From NCBI GenBank assembly GCA_028821265.1, contig JAPPGU010000036.1:78681-142680 (forward strand): DNA of 64,000 bases, written 5' to 3'. This document shows, one piece after another, positions 1-7,502 of the stretch (positions are counted from its first letter, which is position 1; the number at the start of each line of letters is the position of its first letter). The notes beneath the pieces are model-generated. The model did no database searches and was not told where the DNA came from. It saw only the letters and a list, made by a program, of their open reading frames with translations. Both the position numbers and the translations under genes were made by a program. Source of the stretch: a bacterium. GTDB lineage: Bacteria; Actinomycetota; Acidimicrobiia; Spongiisociales; Spongiisociaceae.

Positions 1-1
1 C

Positions 2-607
2 TCGCGCCTGACCGCCCGCACCGCCAGCGAGGAACAGCAAACCTACATGCTGTGGCGGCGGCTCGACGCGCTATCCGCCGACAAACAGACCCGCCGCCTC
101 CTGCTGAACCATGTTCAGACCATTGACACGACCAGGAACATCGGCGAACTCGAACACGCTTACAACTATGTAACCGACCAGATCGAACATGCCGGGTTGG
201 ACCGTTCCGAAGCGGCGGAGCTGCAAGGGAACCTGGACACGCTGGTGAACAGCAAACAGAAAGGCCGGAATCTGGCCGAGCTGATCGTGCTGGTCATGCT
301 GGCGTTCCTGGTGGCGGGTATGGCCGTGTTCGCCCGCACCGAGACACAGGCGTGGCCCGCGCTGGTGAACGATGTGCTGTCGATGCTCTTGGCGTCAGCG
401 GTCACGTTCATGACCGTTCACCTGTTCGACCGACGCTCCGAACGTGACCTCCCCCTCATCACCGACGCCGGGAAGGTCATGTTCCGAACCGTCAAGACAG
501 ACGCGAAGCGCAACCCCAGGGTGGAACAAACCACCACGGTCGGTATCGGGTTCGCCGTCATCGGAATCTACGTATGGCTGATGGCGGTCAAATGGCTGCC
601 CCTCTGA
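2..607 (+). CDS. Hypothetical multi-pass membrane protein, probably 5'-truncated by the window edge
   Basis: Frame is open from base 2 through the ORF-track ATG at 47 to TGA 607; three hydrophobic segments (LIVLVMLAFLVAGMAVF, VLSMLLASAVTFMTV, VGIGFAVIGIYVWLMAV). No family recognised. Confidence 0.6.
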   Translation, partial: SRLTARTASEEQQTYMLWRRLDALSADKQTRRLLLNHVQTIDTTRNIGELEHAYNYVTDQIEHAGLDRSEAAELQGNLDTLVNSKQKGRNLAELIVLVMLAFLVAGMAVFARTETQAWPALVNDVLSMLLASAVTFMTVHLFDRRSERDLPLITDAGKVMFRTVKTDAKRNPRVEQTTTVGIGFAVIGIYVWLMAVKWLPL

Positions 608-1178
608 CCAGTCGGTCACGCTGAGCGGGTCGGACAGTCCGCCGACGATCAGGCCGCCGCGGTGTGTCGGTTTGGCAGCCATTCGCCTAGCTCCGCGTCC
701 GGTCCCCGCTGTTCGGCCAAGTGCGCAACCAGGACGACCTGTCCCAGGGGGCCGGCAGACGACCGTTCCGTCCTGGGTCGTTTCCCAGCGGTCCCGTTCC
801 GGCTGTGTGGCGTCGCCCAGGGCGGGAAACTCCACAACGGCACTTAAGGTGGTGGCCGTGTTCGGTGGACTCAGGCTTAAGCCGTTCCACGGGACGGGTC
901 GGCGGGCCGCTAACCCTCCCCTGCGGGTGCTACTCGTCGGCGGGTTCCCGACGACGCGGCACCAGCCTTGATAAACGCGTTGTCTGCCTATGGTCCCAAC
1001 TGGCGAGCCTCTTAGCCCTGTTCATTTGAACCCGTCCGTCGTCCCCGATGAACCGCTCTGGGCTGTTTTCGGCAGCACCCGAGGCTCCGACCTCTGACAT
1101 GAGCAAACCATCCACAGAAGCCAGCACGCTGGTCGCCGCCGACGATCTGGGACGTCGGTAATGGCGAGTATCCCCTAG

Positions 1179-1252
1179 TGGCCCCGACGGGATTCGAACC
1201 CGCGTTTCTGGCTTGAAAGGCCAGCGTCCTAGGCCGGCTGGACGACGGGGCC
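1179..1252 (-). tRNA. tRNA-Glu (anticodon UUC), CCA not encoded
   Basis: Minus strand reads GGCCCCG...CGGGGCC-A acceptor stem, anticodon arm CTGGC-CTTTCAA-GCCAG, T-arm GCGGG-TTCGAAT-CCCGT; followed by CTA rather than CCA. Confidence 0.97.
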
Positions 1253-1339
1253 TCTGGCTCCCGATCCTACGCGCTCCGCGCTGCGAGAACCGTCGATCAA
1301 CGTTGGGAAAGTTGCTCGGGGACCGGAGGCTAGTGGAGA

Positions 1340-2110
1340 TCAGCCCTGTTCGGATAGAGCGGCGGCGAGCTCGTCCGTACTGAGCGACTCCTTGCGGACC
1401 CGCAGGTCGAGATAGATGACCGTTCCTAGTGCGGCGGTCAACGGGATCGACAGCAGGCTGGCGACCTGCTGCACGAGGTAACCGGTCATACCACCGCTCA
1501 CTCCCAGGACGGAAGAGAGGATGAGTGCGATCACAGCCGACACGACCCCGATGAAGATGACCATGAGGACGATGACGAGCAAGCCGGCGCCGAAGACCCG
1601 CCAGCGCTCGCCCGCCACCAGGCGCCACGACCGCTTGATGCTCTCCATCGGACCGATGCCTTCGATGATCAGGGCCTCCCAGACCACCGCGAGCGACACG
1701 AGAACGAAGATCCCGGGGATGATCAGAAGCACGAATCCGATGGCCATCAAAACCCCGGCCACGATCGTCGCCGCGATGATCGCGATGATCCTCCGGATTC
1801 CGGCGCTCATCGCGTTCCGCCAGTCGGACGGGACATCTGCATACGCTCCGGCAGCCACGAGGACGGCAGCCACGCCCGCCACCATCGAACCGACGACGCC
1901 CACGTAATACCCGAGCCAACCGATGGGAGACGTGCACGTCGTAATGCCGCCCGAGTCCACGCTGCAGCCCCCGACCAGGCTGACGAGGAAGGGGATGAAC
2001 ACGAGCATCAACACGATGGCGAACATCGGGCCGAAGCGGCGCCGGTAGACGGTGAAGGTGGCGTCGACGATTTCGCCGACACCCAGCGGACGCAGTTGCA
2101 GTTGAGCCAT
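1340..2110 (-). CDS. Integral membrane protein (actinobacterial LRPLxxGEIxD N-terminal type)
   Basis: 256 aa, about 6 TM helices, N-terminal LRPLGVGEIVDATF, SIKRSWRLV and C-terminal YLDLRVRKE motifs typical of this membrane family. Confidence 0.85.
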   Translation of the reverse strand: MAQLQLRPLGVGEIVDATFTVYRRRFGPMFAIVLMLVFIPFLVSLVGGCSVDSGGITTCTSPIGWLGYYVGVVGSMVAGVAAVLVAAGAYADVPSDWRNAMSAGIRRIIAIIAATIVAGVLMAIGFVLLIIPGIFVLVSLAVVWEALIIEGIGPMESIKRSWRLVAGERWRVFGAGLLVIVLMVIFIGVVSAVIALILSSVLGVSGGMTGYLVQQVASLLSIPLTAALGTVIYLDLRVRKESLSTDELAAALSEQG

Positions 2111-2116
2111 GCGCCC

Positions 2117-2122
2117 AGCCTA
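2117..2122 (-). promoter_or_regulatory. -10 box (TAGGCT) of a probable leaderless promoter
   Basis: TAnnnT hexamer 6 nt upstream of ATG 2110 with no Shine-Dalgarno between. Confidence 0.55.
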
Positions 2123-2340
2123 CCGGACGGCCACAACGCTGTCCATGGTCAAGCCCTTTGCCTGCCCTCAGGAAGTACCAGACGATGCCAAGCTGCGGCG
2201 TCGCTGCTCTGCCAGAACCGCGTTACGGTCGTGGCGCCGGGGGCGGTGGGGGTTCGGCGACCAGTCCCAACCGCATGAGGTCGGGAGCTACCCGACCAGT
2301 CCGACGGGACACCCTCTCATGCTTCCATCCAGCCCCGTCC

Positions 2341-2349
2341 TGCTAGGCT
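2341..2349 (+). promoter_or_regulatory. Extended -10 box (TGC-TAGGCT) for the P450 fusion gene
   Basis: TGn-TAnnnT 33 nt upstream of ATG 2383; GGAGGGG purine run lies between them. Confidence 0.45.
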
Positions 2350-2382
2350 TTCAATGGTTGGGTAACGGAGGGGACCGGACGG

Positions 2383-4410
2383 ATGACTCTCACCGCAGAC
2401 AGGGCGGTCACTCAGAAGCTCAGCCTGCTGGATGAACTGATTCTCACACTACTCAACGACGAGAGTGGCTACTTCCGGCAGGTTCCAGGGTGGGATTTGA
2501 GTTGTGCCGTCATCGGCGCCGTGCTGGGAGAGCTGTCCCTCCTGTCTCGCATCGACACCGATATGGACTCTTTGATCCTTCTGGATCGAAATGAAACGGG
2601 CGACCCTGCGCTCGATCCCATCCTCGAGAAGATCGCCTCGGAGCCGGTTCAACGAGATGCCCAGTACTGGATCGAACGGCTCGCCCCGCGCGCAGACTCG
2701 ATTGTCGACTTAACCCTTGACCGGCTGGTCGACCTGGAGATCCTCCGACACCACGACGGCGACTTCTGGTCGCTGGCGCCGGGGCTTTGGAAGCAGGACG
2801 AGTACGCCAAACCCGGCGAAGGCACTGCCGCGGACTACGTCAAGACGCGTATCAGCAGGGCGATCTTCGCAAATGAGATTCCGGACCCCAGAGACATCAT
2901 CATAATCTGCCTTATCAATACATGTGACGTCCTACGCTTTATTTTCGAACTCGATGAGGAGTCGGAAAGGCGTGTCGAGTTCATCTGCAAGATGGATTTG
3001 ATAGGCAGGTCCATCGCCGCGGCGGTTAGCCATAACCTGGCCGGGTCTTTGTACAGGCCCTCCGCCTTCGCGAAGCCGATTCCAACTGTCTCGCTTCGTC
3101 ATCTGCTGCGCAGCCGGCACGCTCGCGGAGGCAACATTCCCGCGTTCTTCGCGGAGCTCGCGAAGGAATACGGGCCTGTGTTTCAGATCCGTCCGCCCTT
3201 TGCCAACCCGATCATCTTTCTGGCGGGACCCGAGATGAACCACTGGGCACATCGACATGGGCGCATGTATCTGCGGGCCCGAGACTATCTGGAGGACTTC
3301 GAGAAGTTGTACGGAGGATCGGGGATATTGCCTACCTTGGACGGCGCCGATCATTTCCGGTATCGCAAGTCCATGCAGCCTGCCTATTCGCGCGCCAGGC
3401 TGGAGGCTCGACTGGATGAGGTCTACTCCAACGCCCGCAAGTACATGGCGGATTGGTCTGTAGGAGAGGAACTTCCCGGCAAGACGATGTGCAGGCGCCT
3501 GGTCAACGCGACACTGTCACCGCTGTCCGTCAGTGTCGACACCCAGGACCTCGTAGATGATCTGCACAAGTTCAAGGAACGGGCCCTCCAGACTCATGTC
3601 GTCAGGAACCTGCCCAAGTTCATGCTGCGCACCCCTGGAATGAAGCGGCGGGCAAAGCGGATCGGAGAGGTGGTGGAACGAGTTCAGAATGTCCACACGC
3701 CCGCCCAGCGGGCTGGGTGCCCTCGGGATCTTGCCGATGACCTGCTGAGCATGCACACGAGTGATCGGCAGTTCCTCCCCGAGTCGAACCTGCCGTTCGT
3801 GCTCTCGGCGCCGCTGATCGCAAGCATGTACGTGGGTGATCAGCTTGGATTCATCATCTACGCGATGCTGTCACAGCCCGAGTTCTACGAGAAGATCCGC
3901 GACGAGGCCGATGCCCTGTTCGCTAACCGGAACCCGGATCGTGACGAGATCACAGGACCGGGGATCGACGTCACCCGCCGGTTCATCATGGAGTGCATGC
4001 GGCTCTACCCGATCGTGCCGGCATCGTATCGAAACGTGATGAACACCTGCGCGGTCGACGGATACGAGTTGCCGCAGGGGGCTCGGGTCCTGATCGCCCA
4101 GACCGCCACACACTTCATGGAGGACGTCTTCCCCGATCCCTTCTCGTTCGACATCGACCGCTACCTGCCCCCGCGCAAGGAGCATCTGGGGCCGTCATAT
4201 GCGCCGTACGGTCTGGGTACCCACACCTGTCTGGGATCCCGCTGGACGTCATTGCACCTTGCGATCCATGTGCTGATCCTCGTGCATCATTTCACCCTCG
4301 AGATCGCTCCCGCCAACTACAAGCTGAAGATCAGCGCGTTCCCGTCGGCGTCGGTGAACAAGAAGCTGAAGTTTGTCGTCACCGAGCGGAGGCGCGAACT
4401 GCCCGTCTAA
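2383..4410 (+). CDS. Cytochrome P450 with N-terminal GPP34 (GOLPH3/Vps74-like) domain
   Basis: 675 aa. About aa 12-220 match the GPP34 pattern (LSLLDELILTLLNDESG, GAVLGELSLLSRI, TGDPALDPIL, LDRLVDLEIL). C-terminal ~440 aa are P450: EYGPVFQIR, ExxR (ECMR), PFSFDIDRY, heme-thiolate motif YGLGTHTCLG. Confidence 0.9.
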   Translation: MTLTADRAVTQKLSLLDELILTLLNDESGYFRQVPGWDLSCAVIGAVLGELSLLSRIDTDMDSLILLDRNETGDPALDPILEKIASEPVQRDAQYWIERLAPRADSIVDLTLDRLVDLEILRHHDGDFWSLAPGLWKQDEYAKPGEGTAADYVKTRISRAIFANEIPDPRDIIIICLINTCDVLRFIFELDEESERRVEFICKMDLIGRSIAAAVSHNLAGSLYRPSAFAKPIPTVSLRHLLRSRHARGGNIPAFFAELAKEYGPVFQIRPPFANPIIFLAGPEMNHWAHRHGRMYLRARDYLEDFEKLYGGSGILPTLDGADHFRYRKSMQPAYSRARLEARLDEVYSNARKYMADWSVGEELPGKTMCRRLVNATLSPLSVSVDTQDLVDDLHKFKERALQTHVVRNLPKFMLRTPGMKRRAKRIGEVVERVQNVHTPAQRAGCPRDLADDLLSMHTSDRQFLPESNLPFVLSAPLIASMYVGDQLGFIIYAMLSQPEFYEKIRDEADALFANRNPDRDEITGPGIDVTRRFIMECMRLYPIVPASYRNVMNTCAVDGYELPQGARVLIAQTATHFMEDVFPDPFSFDIDRYLPPRKEHLGPSYAPYGLGTHTCLGSRWTSLHLAIHVLILVHHFTLEIAPANYKLKISAFPSASVNKKLKFVVTERRRELPV

Positions 4411-4433
4411 GGGCGGGCCCGTCGGCTTCGGTG

Positions 4434-5483
4434 CTAGCGGGTCTCCTGATCGGCCGGGTCGGGATAGAACTGGGCGCAATAGCGCCGGAATGGCATGATC
4501 TCGCCGTCGGAGCGACAGAGGCGCGGGCGGGACCGGTATTGCTTGCGGCTCCAGATGATCTCATCCTGCTGGACATCCCGGTACTGCTGGGACGAGATGA
4601 ACCGGTTCATGATTGGGGCTCGCCACTTCACCGGTAGGAACCCCAGGCCCGCGATCCACCGCCCCGGCTTGCGTATCTCCCGCACCTGCGAAACCAGCGA
4701 CAGGTCGATGAGCGAGCCGTCGACAGGCGTCGCCAGCACCCACAGGCGCAGATCCATCCCGATCGAACGCTCGCGGATCTGCACGAACGAGTAGCCCAAT
4801 CCGTAGATCCGGGTGCGGGCGGCCACGTCGAAGGTAAGGGTGATGATCCCCGCAGTCGTCCGGGTGCGCCTGAAGTCGAAGTCGCTCTCCAGGAGCGGCC
4901 CGTCCACGGACACCCGCCCTACGCGGTCCACGCTGTCGTAGCCGTGGACGTAGCGCAGGTGGCCCACGTCGACCGAGTTCTCCGTCGTCTCTTGGGGATG
5001 GCCGGGAAACCGGAGGGTCCTGATCTTGAGACCGGTCCAGCCGGCCTGATCCGGTTCATCCTCTGGCAGATTCCATTGCGGCGCCCGTCCCCTGATCCCC
5101 CACCAGGCGAAGATCAGGCCCGCGATCTCCTGCGTCTCGAAGACGCGTAACCTCGCGGTGGTGGGCGGCGGCGAATAGGGGGTGGCCACGCACTGGCCGG
5201 TGGCGTCGAACTCGTAGCCATGGAACGGGCAGACCAGCCGCCCCTCACAGATGCGACCTCCTGCGGTCGGTCCCAGATCGGCGCCCAGATGCGGGCAGTA
5301 GGCGCCGGCGACGCACACGGTGCCGTTCTCGTCGCTCCAGGCGACGATGTTCTCTCCCATCCATGTCTTTTCGATGATCCCGGCTTCCAGCAGTGCCCTA
5401 CGGCTCGTGACGAAGTACCAGCCCTCGGGAAAGGGAGAAGGCAGCGGGGCATTCTCGAGCACCACCCTACGCCGGGTAGACAT
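4434..5483 (-). CDS. Rieske non-heme iron oxygenase, KshA / cholesterol 7-desaturase (Neverland, DAF-36)-like
   Basis: Rieske ligands CPHLG and CPFHG; mononuclear Fe motif ENSVDVGHLRYVH; C-terminal QDEIIWSRKQY...DGEIMPFRRYCAQFY resembling sterol-acting Rieske enzymes. Confidence 0.88.
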   Translation of the reverse strand: MSTRRRVVLENAPLPSPFPEGWYFVTSRRALLEAGIIEKTWMGENIVAWSDENGTVCVAGAYCPHLGADLGPTAGGRICEGRLVCPFHGYEFDATGQCVATPYSPPPTTARLRVFETQEIAGLIFAWWGIRGRAPQWNLPEDEPDQAGWTGLKIRTLRFPGHPQETTENSVDVGHLRYVHGYDSVDRVGRVSVDGPLLESDFDFRRTRTTAGIITLTFDVAARTRIYGLGYSFVQIRERSIGMDLRLWVLATPVDGSLIDLSLVSQVREIRKPGRWIAGLGFLPVKWRAPIMNRFISSQQYRDVQQDEIIWSRKQYRSRPRLCRSDGEIMPFRRYCAQFYPDPADQETR

Positions 5484-5746
5484 CGCCGACCTTCCTAACC
5501 CGGAACCTCATCATGGGTCCGCAACCGTCACGCATAGGGCCTCCGGAACTGCTGTACACGACCCGGTCCGGCATACCCTAGCCCTGATTACTCGTGTTCT
5601 CGGCACGCCGATGGGACTCTTCGTCGGGCGATCCGTCGTGACTGCTGGGAGCATCGGCGGACCCGGCTTCGGGTTGTTACGGGACCATGGCATCATCAGC
5701 GCGGGCTTCAACAGGCCTTCAAGCAGCGCGAGGACCGGAGCGCCGG

Positions 5747-6169
5747 ATGACCGATTGGAAGAACGTGAACGACTGGAATGCCACGATCATCGAGGAGTTC
5801 CGCGCCAACGACGGCCAGGTGGGTGGAATGTTCGAAGGGAGGACGCTGCTGCTCCTTCACCACACGGGCGCCCGTACGGGTATCCGACGGGTCACACCGC
5901 TCGCGTACCAGAACCTGGCGGACGGCTACGCCGTCTTCGCATCCAAGGCCGGGGCGGACACCAACCCCGACTGGTACCACAACGTGGTGGCCAATCCCAG
6001 GACAGAGGTCGAGGTCGGGACCAGGACGATCCAGGTCCGAGCCCGGGTCGCGACGGGGGAGGAGAGGGACCAGATCTGGAGCAGGCAGAAGCAGGACTAT
6101 CCGCAGTTCGCTGAGTACGAGTCCAAGACATCGCGGGTCATCCCGGTAATCGTGCTCGAACGCGCCTGA
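5747..6169 (+). CDS. F420H2-dependent (deazaflavin-dependent nitroreductase, Ddn-like) oxidoreductase
   Basis: IIEEFRANDGQVGG, LLLHHTGARTG, ASKAGADTNPDWYHN, RVIPVIVLE; start moved to ATG 5747 behind GGAG. Confidence 0.92.
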   Translation: MTDWKNVNDWNATIIEEFRANDGQVGGMFEGRTLLLLHHTGARTGIRRVTPLAYQNLADGYAVFASKAGADTNPDWYHNVVANPRTEVEVGTRTIQVRARVATGEERDQIWSRQKQDYPQFAEYESKTSRVIPVIVLERA

Positions 6170-6239
6170 GCGCGTCAGCCGGGCCGGGTAGCTGGACGGC
6201 AGGCGGCTCGGACCGGCCCGATCTGGCAAACTCGGTCGG

Positions 6240-7499
6240 GTGAACATCGAGCCGGAGACTCCGCTGCGGTCCCTCGACGTGGGATTTGCCCGCGGCCAGT
6301 TCCCCGCCTTCTCCGACGCCCGTCTCGCCGGGTGGGCCCACTTCGAGAACGCGGGCGGATCCTACGCCTGCCGCCAGGTGATCGACCGGCTGACCGGCTT
6401 CTACCGCCGCACCAAGGTACAGCCCGATCATGCCTTCCCGCTCTCGGTCGAGGCCACCGAGGCGATGGAGCACTCCTACCGGCGAATGGCGGGCTGGATG
6501 GGCGTGGGGGTGGATGAGATCCACTTCGGGCCGTCCACGTCGCAGAACACCTACGTCCTGGCTCGGGCGTTCCGCTCGATGTGGCGCGATGGGGATGAGA
6601 TCGTCGCATCCACGCAGGATCACGAGGCCAACGCCGGGGTTTGGCGGCGTTTGGAGGCCACGGGGATCGTGGTGCGGGAGTGGCGGGTAGATCCGGAGAA
6701 GGGAACCCTGGACCTGGCCGATCTCGACGGGTTGATGACCGAGCGCACCAGGTTGGTCGCCTTTCCCCACGCCTCCAACGTGGTGGCCGCCATCAACCCG
6801 GTCGCCGACGTGGTGGCGAGAGCGGCGGAGGTCGGCGCCCGGGTGGTGGTCGACGGGGTGTCCTACGCACCCCACGGCCTACCCGACATCGGGGCACTGG
6901 GGGTCGATGTCTACCTCTTCTCCGCCTACAAGACATGGGGCCCGCACCAGGGGGTGATGTACGTCGGCCGCGACCTCGCCGGCCGGCTCGGGAATGAGGG
7001 CCACTACTTCGTGGCCGACCAGCCCCGCTCCAAGCTGGTGCCGGCCGGACCCGACCATGCCCAGGTGGCGGCGTGCGCAGGGGTGATCGACTACCTGGAC
7101 GACCTGTACACCCACCATGGAGGTCCCTCTGCGACCCCGGTGGCGCGAGGCCGGGCGGTCCATGACATGTTCCGGGCCCACGAGACGAACCTGGCGGACC
7201 GGCTGCTCCGCTACCTGGCCGGGCGGGATGACGTACGGGTGGCCGGCCCGACCGACGCCACCCTGCGGGCCCCCACCGTCTCGATCGTCCCGTTGCGACG
7301 CCCGGTTGCGGACGTCGCGGAGTCACTGGTGCGCAGCCGGATGATGGTCGGTGTCGGGGACTTCTATGCCCCCCGCCTCCTCGATGAGATGCGGATACCC
7401 ACGGAGCCCGGCGTGCTGAGGATGTCCTTCATCCACTACAACACCGAAGGCGAGATCGACCGGTTGATCACCGCCCTTGACCGGGCACTGGATGATTAG
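6240..7499 (+). CDS. Class V PLP-dependent enzyme, cysteine desulfurase-like subfamily lacking the catalytic Cys
   Basis: FENAGGS, DHEAN, VVDGVSYAPH, FSAYKTWGP (PLP lysine); GDFYA sits where SufS has GHHCA. TGG-CAAACT 7 nt upstream of the GTG. Confidence 0.88.
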   Translation: MNIEPETPLRSLDVGFARGQFPAFSDARLAGWAHFENAGGSYACRQVIDRLTGFYRRTKVQPDHAFPLSVEATEAMEHSYRRMAGWMGVGVDEIHFGPSTSQNTYVLARAFRSMWRDGDEIVASTQDHEANAGVWRRLEATGIVVREWRVDPEKGTLDLADLDGLMTERTRLVAFPHASNVVAAINPVADVVARAAEVGARVVVDGVSYAPHGLPDIGALGVDVYLFSAYKTWGPHQGVMYVGRDLAGRLGNEGHYFVADQPRSKLVPAGPDHAQVAACAGVIDYLDDLYTHHGGPSATPVARGRAVHDMFRAHETNLADRLLRYLAGRDDVRVAGPTDATLRAPTVSIVPLRRPVADVAESLVRSRMMVGVGDFYAPRLLDEMRIPTEPGVLRMSFIHYNTEGEIDRLITALDRALDD

Positions 7500-7502
7500 C
7501 TT

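Noticed and set aside
1-1178. Prophage or ICE called at the tRNA-Glu 3' end
   Set aside because: No integrase or att duplication inside the window; kept only as a hypothesis in the hairpin finding.
930-1937. 335 aa minus-strand ORF spanning the tRNA
   Set aside because: Arg/Gly-rich off-frame shadow of the membrane gene that runs through tRNA-Glu; typical high-GC artefact.
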